64,000 bases of DNA, from the IMG/VR virus record IMGVR_UViG_3300030107_004497. The stretch is one strand, 5' to 3'. The notes under the pieces are model-generated. The model worked only from the letters and a program-made list of their open reading frames with translations, ran no database searches and had not been told where the DNA came from. The DNA comes from an uncultured virus (IMG/VR IMGVR_UViG_3300030107_004497). Lineage: Duplodnaviria > Heunggongvirae > Uroviricota > Caudoviricetes > Crassvirales. The translations under genes were made by a program, and so were the position numbers. This document shows, piece after piece, positions 48,397-57,800 of the stretch; the stretch's first letter is position 1; every line of letters begins with the position of its first letter.

Positions 48397-48771
48397 ATGG
48401 CAACTAGAACACTTCAATTTCCTATACTAAACTATTCAATACAACTTGGTGACGACGTGTATTTTGCTGAGCATAACAATAATCAATCAGGTAAAAACAC
48501 AGCTTTTAACTCTTCAACTGTTGATACAAAACCTAAATTATTAGGTGTAGTAACAAGTGTTAACCATGCATCTGGTACTATTTTAGTTGATGATTTACCT
48601 GGTGGATCACCAACTATTAATGGTAATATGTTTTTTATGTTTCAAAAACCAAAAAATATTAACACTTCTGGTATTACAGGATATTACGCAGAAACAGAAT
48701 ATAGAAACGATACAACATTACCTTGTGAAATGTTTGCTACAGCCGTAGATTACATAGAAAGTAGTAAATAA
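48397..48771 (+). CDS. Small tail protein
   Basis: NYSIQLGD, INTSGITGYYA, ESSK C-terminus. Confidence 0.6.
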   Translation: MATRTLQFPILNYSIQLGDDVYFAEHNNNQSGKNTAFNSSTVDTKPKLLGVVTSVNHASGTILVDDLPGGSPTINGNMFFMFQKPKNINTSGITGYYAETEYRNDTTLPCEMFATAVDYIESSK

Positions 48772-48781
48772 CGCTTAAAAA

Positions 48782-48792
48782 GTGTAACTATT
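48782..48792 (+). promoter_or_regulatory. Candidate late promoter core GTGTAACTATT
   Basis: Intergenic; resembles 3421-3431. Confidence 0.4.
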
Positions 48793-48812
48793 ATAGTATT
48801 AAATTAAATAAA

Positions 48813-49277
48813 ATGAATGAATTAGATTTCTTAAATGAAATAAAAGAGCTGGAAAAACTAACTAAGAATAATGGATTTACATGTAGAAAGTTAAAAGAGT
48901 CTGATTGGGAGACTTTAGTTGGTTGGTGGAAATGGTGGAGATGGGCTATTATGCCTAAAGATTTTTTACCAGAAAACGGTACGGGTGGTTTAATTGTTGA
49001 AAAAAATAAAACACCTATTGTTGCTGGATTTTTATACAAAACAAATTCCAATGTTGTTATACTTGAATGGATAGTTTCTAATCCAGAATACAAAAATAAA
49101 AATAGAAAAAAAGCAATAGAATTATTAATAACAGAAGCTGAAGATATATCTAAAAAAGAAGGATATAAGTATATGTTTAGTATAGGTAGAAGTAAACACC
49201 TATTGGATATACACGAAAAGTTAGATTGGCATGTAGATAGTAGAAGCTCTCACGAAATAACAAAAAAATTAAAATAA
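48813..49277 (+). CDS. GNAT-fold acetyltransferase-like protein
   Basis: PIVAGFLY, LEWIVSNPEY, GYKYMF; sits before ejection genes as in many podoviruses. Confidence 0.7.
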   Translation: MNELDFLNEIKELEKLTKNNGFTCRKLKESDWETLVGWWKWWRWAIMPKDFLPENGTGGLIVEKNKTPIVAGFLYKTNSNVVILEWIVSNPEYKNKNRKKAIELLITEAEDISKKEGYKYMFSIGRSKHLLDIHEKLDWHVDSRSSHEITKKLK

Positions 49278-49278
49278 T

Positions 49279-51864
49279 ATGGCAGGAGTAACAGCATTAG
49301 TTGTTGGTGGCGCTATGGTAGCAGGTGGTGTTATCAAAGGAATTAGTGGCGCTAAAGACAAAAGAGCAGCAAAGAAAAAGCAAGCAGCAGCTGAAGCAGC
49401 ATTAGCAGATGCGCAAGCTGGATTGAAAGCTATAGATACATCTAATCCTTTTGAAGATGCAAAAAATGCTTATGCTGGTTTAGAAAATAAAATGTCTGGA
49501 CTTGAAAACGTTTATGAAGATCAAGAAAACGTTTATGCAGATGCAGAGAATAAATTCAAAGATCAAAAAAATGCTTTTGATCAAATGGAAAATAAATTTG
49601 AAGGCATGGAAAATGCTTTTGAAGATTTAACAGTTAATACACAACAAGCAGAATTTGAAGCACAGCAAAACCAACAGATGCAAGCTAACATAATGTCTAG
49701 TATGGGTGCAGCTGCTGGTGGTTCTGGTATTGCAGCGTTAGCGCAATCTATGGCTAATCAAGGTGCTTTACAAGCTCAAAAAGCTTCTGCTAGTATTGGT
49801 GCTCAAGAAGCTGACAATGCTAAAAAAGCAGCATCAGCACAACAAGACATTGAAATGGCTACGGCTGGTGAGGCTAGTAAAATACAAACGATGCAAGCTC
49901 AAGAGCAAAGTAGATTAGACACTCAATCTAACCAAGCTGACATGGATATTCAAAAAATGCAGATGGGTGCAGAAGAAGCTATGCAAGCTGCTAGATTAGG
50001 TGAAGCATCAAGACTTCAAATGGCTGAAGCTACAGAAGCTTCTAAGTTGCAAATGGCTGAAGCACAAGGTGAGATGGAGGTTCAAAAGCTAAAAGGAGAG
50101 GGTCAATTACAATCTGCTAGTCTTGAAATGCAAAAACAATCAACATTAATGGATGCGGCGATGCAACAGTCGGCACAAGCTTCTGCTGAAAAACAAGCTG
50201 GAGATGAAAAGATGTGGGGAGGTATTGGAGATGCAATCGGAGGTGTTGGTAAAATGCTTAGTGATAAAAGAGCAAAAGAAAATATAATAAAAATAAAATA
50301 TTCTGATTCAGGTATACCTATATACCACTTTAACTACAAAGGTAGTGATAAAACTTGGAGCGGAACTATGGCACAAGATTTATTACAACTTGGAAGAGAA
50401 GATGCTGTAGAAAATAATAATGGATACTATACCGTAAACTATAATTTAATAGACGTAGATATGAAAGAAATAAAACCATCACCATTAAAACAAATAAACG
50501 AAGGGGGAGCAATGGGTTCTAACCCTCAAGAACACAATAATAAAGTAAAACAACAAACAGATGCTGGTTTAGATATATTAAGTGGTGCTCAAGCTAGAAA
50601 AAACTGGGAAGAACTTCAGCTTGATATAAAAGATATCGAACCTGAAAGCATGAAGATGAGGAAGTTGAAAGACCAACTTCTTAGAGATAAAGAAAGAAAA
50701 CTATACGAGTCTAACAAAGGTGGTCAAATATCGCTGCCAGAAGCTTATTCTAAATGTGGTATATTAATTGTTAAAAAATACAAAGAACAATATTATCAAG
50801 CTTTAATGAATGATGATGAAGAGCAAATGGGCGTTGTAAAGTCTCAACTAGCAATGTTATCACAAAGTGTTAATGTTGTTAAAGATAATATACAAGAGTT
50901 TTACGAAGATCATTTTGAAACAGAAAGTTTATTGTCAAAAGGCGTGTCTGCTCAACAAGTAAGTTTTGCAACACAAATGTATTGTAAAAACCCAGAGTTA
51001 ATTGTTGTTTACGCTGTAGAAGAAGATGTTATAAATGGACGTACCGATTATTATGGAGAATTAGTTAAAGTAGATGCTCAATATTGCGTTGTACAAGACT
51101 TTTATAATAACCCTGTTTTAATACACATAATGGATGGTAATAAAGATATGTTTATTAGAAACAATTTAAAAGCTATGGAGTATATAAACTTTTTAAACGA
51201 AACGTTTGAAGAGGCTCAAAAGGCAAATGCTAGTAAATCCGCTACAAAAATTGATTTAGGTAGAATAAACTATAAAATAGATACCATGTTTGGTTTTAAT
51301 GATGGAACAGCATCAAAAGAGCAAGATGAATTAGTTTTAATGTTTTGTCATGATAGCGAGGTATTAAGAGATGGTAGCACATTTAGACGTCATTTATATG
51401 AACATCCTAATATTCAAAATTTAAACTATGGGGGTTTTGATTGGGAAATGTTAGAATTTAATCCACCTTTAGGCCCTGGTGATAAAAACTATTGGCATGA
51501 TGAAATAGATAATATTGATAGATTGATGTTAGTAGACGCTATAGTCAATATTGATAATCCATTTTTCAATATGAAGCTATTAAGAACTTTAGTTAAAGAG
51601 TACTATACTTACAAACTAGAAAACTCTTGGTGGAAAGGTATGGGATTTGAGCAGGGCAAATTAGATATAATGCGTTTAAAACAAAATGAATTAAGAAAAG
51701 CTAGATTTAAGAAAGCTCAAGCAGAAGCAGCTAAAAATGGACAAATAGACTTTTTATTTGATGGTAAAGTTTATAAAACAGGTATGACACCAGCTAAAGT
51801 TAAAAAACAAGAAGAAGAAAGAAAAGAAGCAGCTAAAAAAGCTAATCCAGGGTTAAATCAATAA
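49279..51864 (+). CDS. DNA-ejection (pilot) protein with internal peptidase S74-like domain and C-terminal globular domain
   Basis: Gly/Ala amphipathic N-terminus, Gln/Ala coiled coil, SDKRAKENI...IYHFNY...GTMAQDL...GYYTVNY. Confidence 0.7.
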   Translation: MAGVTALVVGGAMVAGGVIKGISGAKDKRAAKKKQAAAEAALADAQAGLKAIDTSNPFEDAKNAYAGLENKMSGLENVYEDQENVYADAENKFKDQKNAFDQMENKFEGMENAFEDLTVNTQQAEFEAQQNQQMQANIMSSMGAAAGGSGIAALAQSMANQGALQAQKASASIGAQEADNAKKAASAQQDIEMATAGEASKIQTMQAQEQSRLDTQSNQADMDIQKMQMGAEEAMQAARLGEASRLQMAEATEASKLQMAEAQGEMEVQKLKGEGQLQSASLEMQKQSTLMDAAMQQSAQASAEKQAGDEKMWGGIGDAIGGVGKMLSDKRAKENIIKIKYSDSGIPIYHFNYKGSDKTWSGTMAQDLLQLGREDAVENNNGYYTVNYNLIDVDMKEIKPSPLKQINEGGAMGSNPQEHNNKVKQQTDAGLDILSGAQARKNWEELQLDIKDIEPESMKMRKLKDQLLRDKERKLYESNKGGQISLPEAYSKCGILIVKKYKEQYYQALMNDDEEQMGVVKSQLAMLSQSVNVVKDNIQEFYEDHFETESLLSKGVSAQQVSFATQMYCKNPELIVVYAVEEDVINGRTDYYGELVKVDAQYCVVQDFYNNPVLIHIMDGNKDMFIRNNLKAMEYINFLNETFEEAQKANASKSATKIDLGRINYKIDTMFGFNDGTASKEQDELVLMFCHDSEVLRDGSTFRRHLYEHPNIQNLNYGGFDWEMLEFNPPLGPGDKNYWHDEIDNIDRLMLVDAIVNIDNPFFNMKLLRTLVKEYYTYKLENSWWKGMGFEQGKLDIMRLKQNELRKARFKKAQAEAAKNGQIDFLFDGKVYKTGMTPAKVKKQEEERKEAAKKANPGLNQ
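49444..49632 (+). repeat. Nine 7-aa (21-nt) tandem repeats in the pilot protein
   Basis: NPFEDAK NAYAGLE NKMSGLE NVYEDQE NVYADAE NKFKDQK NAFDQME NKFEGME NAFEDLT. Confidence 0.8.
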
Positions 51865-51873
51865 TAAATTAAT

Positions 51874-54800
51874 ATGCTTAAAAAATCATCACCGTTAAAA
51901 CATAGAGAGGGAGAGCATTTAATTCTTAATGAAAAAGCTCATGAAGAGGCGCACGCTAATGAGGAAAACAAAACTATAGGTGTTAATCCTACCACTACTT
52001 TTTCTGATGGAAATCAATCTTTTCAATTAGACGATATAAACCAAATATGGTTTGATGGTGATGGTAACATTGTAGATGATAATGATGTTCCGGAAAAACT
52101 TAGGAAAGAAAATCAAGAAAAACTTGCAAAAAGCGTATTATCAACGGGTAAACAGTATGAAAAAGTTTACGACCCAAAAACTAAAGGATACAAATATAAA
52201 TTAATTGGAAGAGGAGAAGATCAAGTTGCTGAAAATTCTGCCATACAAAACGCAGAAGCATTTAAAGCTACACCAAAACAAATTGAAAAAGCTTTAAATT
52301 TTGCCGATAAAAATATTGAGTTAGCTCTTGAACAAAGAGAAAAGTTTAAAATTCAAAAAAATAAAGAATTAGGCTTAGATGCTAATGGTAACAAATTAAT
52401 GATAACATTACCAAATGGTACAAAAATACCAGCTACACCTACACAGGGAATGCCTCAAAAACCAATTGGTTATAATCAATTAAATAGAAATCACCCTATA
52501 AGAGTTAGATATGACGAAAATCTAAAAGCTTGGGAAGATCAAAATAAACATTTAAAAGAATTAAAAAGAGCTAGAGATACAAATCCAATGTGGAAGTATC
52601 TTCAAGATGCTGAACATTCTTTAAAATATACTACTGATGAAAATGGAGATGTAATTAGAAATCCAAACGCTAAGCAAGATGTTACTGATGAGAATATAAT
52701 AAAAGAAGCTAAATCAAGATATTTAGAAGATCAAAAAAGAAAGTATTTACAAAAAAATGTTGAAGAGTGGATTGATAGCCAAGATGGTGTTGGTGTAAAC
52801 ATGCCTCAAACTCAAAAAGACGAAATAGCTAAAAATGAAATAGCTATAAAAAAGTTAAACGCCCAACAGCAAAAAGATATAAAAACATTAAATTCAACAG
52901 CTCAACTTTATCTCGATGTAAATGATCAAATGGGATTATTGAAAAACGGTGGTATTGATGCTAATGGTAAGGAAGTACAAGGATTTGATAATAGGGATAG
53001 GTATTTTGAAAACGAGTTTAGTAAAATTAAAGATAAAATTGCTAAAATGGGTGTTGTAGACTCAAACTCATCAGAAGCAACCATCGCTAAGTATAATAAT
53101 TTAATTGAAGAAGGTAAATCTCTTACTGAAAAATATGAAAAATATTTAGTAAATAAAAATAATTTTATAAAAAAGTTTGAAGACTTAGAGAGAACAAGAG
53201 ATGGTTATAAGAAAAACTACGATCAACTAGCTGTAAAGACACAAGAGTTTAGTGAAAACGGCGAAGATCTTTTAGCTTATCATAATTTAATGAAAAGAAA
53301 TGGCCATTTGTTAACAGGCGCTGGGGCTTGGGCGGTGGCTAGCGCCGCAGAAATATTAAGTGGTTTAGAAGCTGATGCGGCTGAAATTATTATGCTACCA
53401 CAAGGGTTGAGAAATGACAGGATGTTAGGTGATAATCCTATAGCACAATATTTAATTGCTAAGGCAGATCAGTTTGAAAAGTTTAGAGGCGGGCAACCAA
53501 TTCTAGATAAAAACGGAAATTATATTGGTGACACACCTGGTTATAAAGATAAAATAAATAAATTCGCGGAAAGTTTACATAATCAAGTACAATTACCGCA
53601 ATTATATGATGATATAGAGACTTTAGGAGATTTTGGAGAATTTGGAGTTAATGTTTTAGCAAATTTTGCTCCTCAACTTGCTTTAATGAGTGTAAGTAGA
53701 GGGAAATCTTTATATTTACTAGCGGGATCAGCAGCTGGTGGTTCTTTAGATGAATCTAGAAGATCAAATAAATTAGGACAAACAGATTATAGTTTAGGAC
53801 AAAGAGTTGTTCATTCTCTTATGATGGCGGGATCTGAGTACTGGTCTGAAAAGTATACTTTAAACTTGTTAAAAGGAACTAATAAATATGTTAAAAGAAG
53901 AGTTGCAGATGGTTTTGAGCAAGCAATTAAAAAAACCTTTACACCTCGGAATTTAATGGTCGCAACAAATAGAATGCTTGGTGAAGGTGTATCGGAAACA
54001 AATGCAAAGTTATTTGGAGAAAATGCTGCAGATATATTTGTTTATGGAAAAAGAAATAAAAGTTTACTTGAAGGTTTAGATGAAGCTTTTGTTTCTGGTG
54101 TGTTAATGGAACGTGGTATAGCTTTGCCTGGTGTAGCTCGTAGATTGAGCATGCCGTTTATAGGTAATCAATATGATTCCAAACTACGATCTTGGGAAAA
54201 ATCTAAAAGAGATATAGAAAAAGCTTTAGAAACAGAAGGTTTAAGTGAAGATGTTAAAAAAGATTTACGTAATAAATATTTAGACATACAGCAAAAACAA
54301 GACGAATTCATTAAAAAACATCATGAAAATGTAGACATGATGACAGAAGATGAGGTTGGGGATTTAATAGACTTAGATGTTAAACTACACAATATTAAAC
54401 AAGCTGAAGACAATATTAACAACGATAAATCTTTAACCAAAGCACAAAAAGAAGATCTTGTTAAAAAGAATAGAGCTGAAGAGCAAGATATTCTATCTCA
54501 AAAAAACAAGATAATACATAAATACGAAGATCCTGAAACTAGAAAAAAACGTGAAGAGGAATACGAAAAACAAAAAGAGGTTATAAAGGCTAAAATAGCT
54601 AAGTTTAATAAAAGACAAATAAAAGGTTTTACTGAAACAAATGCTTCTGCTAGAGGAAAATTTAAAGAATTTGAAACCGTTGAAGAACAACAAGCGTTTT
54701 TTAATGATCAAATATCCGAAGCTAACACTAAAGATAGAGCTGAGATACAAGAAATGCGAGAACTTTTAGAAAACCCTAATATTACTAGACAGGATAGATT

Positions 54801-57800
54801 AACAATTCAAAATAATCTAGCGGCTTTAAGAAAACAAATAGATGCTAGAAATAAATACTCTAAAACAGCTTCTAGTGAGTTTGGTTTTATAGGTCAACAG
54901 GCAGATGGAAGTTTTCAAATATATGTAAACAAAGAAAACGCTTTATCTGTTGGTGGTAATATAAATGTTGGTGCGCATGAGTTTTTGCATGGTGTTTTGT
55001 ACCAAACAGCTAGGGGAGATTCTAAAATTCAAAAGCAATTAGGAGATGCTGTAATAGATTATATTGCAAACGAAAAAGGAGGATTTAGTCAAGAGTTTAT
55101 AGATAAAATGGAACCATATCAAGGTGACGCGAATTTTGGTGAAGAAGTTATTACTGTAATGTCTGAATCTATATTAGACGGTAGTTTAAAGTATAAAGAA
55201 GGATTCTTTACAAAAGTAGGAGATATTATACGACAAACTTTACAAAGATACGGTTTAAAAGATATAGAATTTAATACAGGTAAAGACGTATATAATTTTA
55301 TAAAAGATTATAATGCTTCTATAGAAAAAAACTACGATAGTAAAGCTATAGACCGTATGATGGACACTGGAGCTCAAGGTAAGCTTTTAGAGGGTAGAAA
55401 AGGTGGTAGAGATATAATGCAAGCATCTAAAGCTCAAGCCGATAAAGTTCAAGATATATATGCTAAAAAAGGAGCAGACGGAGCTGGTGAGATAGCTATG
55501 GAGTATAGAGGTATGGCTGAAGAGATATTTAAAAGAAATCTTAATTTAGCACCATCAGAAGATATAAGAAACAATTTATTAGATAACAAAGAAGATATAA
55601 TTGGTGATATATTATATAATCCTGGAACTGAAACCGCTAAAGCAAGAACTGTACTTGGTTTGGTAAATGATTTTCAAACTAAAAAACATAAGTATGGAAA
55701 CGTAGCTGCCTATATAAATCAATTTTTACCACAAAGAGCTAAAGAAATATTTGCTCCTTATGGCGTTGACATGGCTATCACCAAGTCTCAAGAACAAGAA
55801 GGTATTAGAGAGAAAGTGGCTAAGATAGCCGCGGAAAAAACAGCTAAACTATCTGAGGATTCTTTTAAGGGCCATAAAATACATGAGAAGTTGGGACAAG
55901 GAGATCCAAGAGTTAGAAAACTTGTTAAAAAATACCAAGAAAATGTAAAAGCAATAGCTAAAAAAATGTCTATTGAAGAAGTTAGGAATCTTAAGTTTAA
56001 AGATGTAGAAGGTAAGGGTCATAAAATAATAGCTGAAATACTAGGTATTGATGCTGCTAAATTAGACCCTGATAATAAAAAACAATTCCATGCTAACTTG
56101 CGATATGCTGGTACTGTAGAAGATGGTAACGAAACTTTATCTGCTCAAATGGTTATAGCTAAAAATCCTCTTGCTTTTAAAATAGCAATACCAAAGCATC
56201 ACACTACTAAAAGAGTTAAAACAAACAAAAAAGATGCTAATGGAGATTGGATATATGAAGAAAGACCACACGAAGCTATCGGTATACCAGGTTCTATATT
56301 AAAACCATATATGATCAAAGGTAAAAGAAAAGGTAATTTAACGCCTTTTACTCTTGATAAAGAAATGATGGATGATAAAAAGTTTTTAGAACCAATAGGT
56401 GTTATAGATGGAAAATCTTTCAGAGAAATGAAAGGTAAGGAACAACAAACTATTTTAAATCTTGCTACACTACTTGATAAAACAATGACTTATCAAGCCA
56501 TTAAAGAGCAAAAGTTAGAAGAAGGATATACACTTGATGATACTAAAACAATTTCTGATGGTGTAAGTGAGTTTTCGTTTAGTAAAGCTGTTAGAAAGCT
56601 TAATCCTAGTCAAACTGAAATTTTTTATACAAAACTACCAGAACTTGGTGCCACTGTAAATCCAGCACTAAAAGATTACACTAAAGTTTCTGAAATGAAA
56701 AAAGCTTTAGAAGAGGTTTATGGTAAAGATTTGCCAGCGCCCGTTAAAACAGCTATAGCAAAAGATTTTGTAGGTTTAATTAAGAGATATCAAAACGTTA
56801 TCGCTAATAACCAAACTATAGACGAGGGAACTTGGACTGAATATATAGCTGATAGCTTTAATCAAGAGGCTGATAACATAGTTAAAATGCTTAATCTTGA
56901 AATTGATGGTAAAAAAATATCCGCCGCTTCTATATATGACAATCAACAAAATATAGAAAGAGGTAGAAGAAAGCTTATTGAATACGGAAATAATCTTGTT
57001 AAACAAGGTAAATCTTTAGAGGAGGTTGCTAGAATAATGGCTATACTAAAACCAATGTACGCTGGTAACTCTAAAGTTGGTAGAGGTATGTTTACTACTG
57101 ACAAGAACGGTAAATTACAAATGGTAGAGGGTATAGAGTTTGGAACTCCTAGAAATCAAATATTTGAAAGTGTGCCTATGTTTGAGAAATGGGGAGTTAT
57201 GCAAATTGACGGCATGACGCCTGAAATATGGAAAAACGCTAATACAAAACTAAAGGCTCAAAATTCTAAAGCTGCTATAAAAGATAGAGATTTTGACGGT
57301 AGACTAGCAGAAGCTAAAGAAGCTAGACAGGTTATAGATAGTATGATGAAATTCTTAAATAAAGAAGGCAATGATCTTGATATAGCAATGTTTATGATTA
57401 GTAATTTATCTAGCATGGACGCTCCGCTTAGAAGAGCAGCTAACTTACAATATATAGCTGATAGCGTTTTAAACATGGAAGATATAGGGAAAAATGCAGA
57501 GTACGAGCATATGATACCAGCTAATTATATGGCTTTAAAAATTATCGACCAATATAAAAACAAAGGTGGAATAAAAAACTTAGATAATTTTTATAAAAAC
57601 TACAATGTAGCTATTATACCTAAAACTATGGATAAGGTTTTAAAATTACAAGGATTACAAAGTAAGATGATGCCTGGTTATAATTTTGAAACAGACCCAT
57701 CAACCAATAGATATTATAACTTTTTAACCAATGGTTTTGATGATATAGTTTCTATAAGAGATATTAATAGTAACGAAATCGTTGGTCCTCAAGTTCAATA

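Noticed and set aside
57286..57303. RDFDGR as an RNA polymerase catalytic loop
   Set aside because: Third Asp missing and no supporting context.
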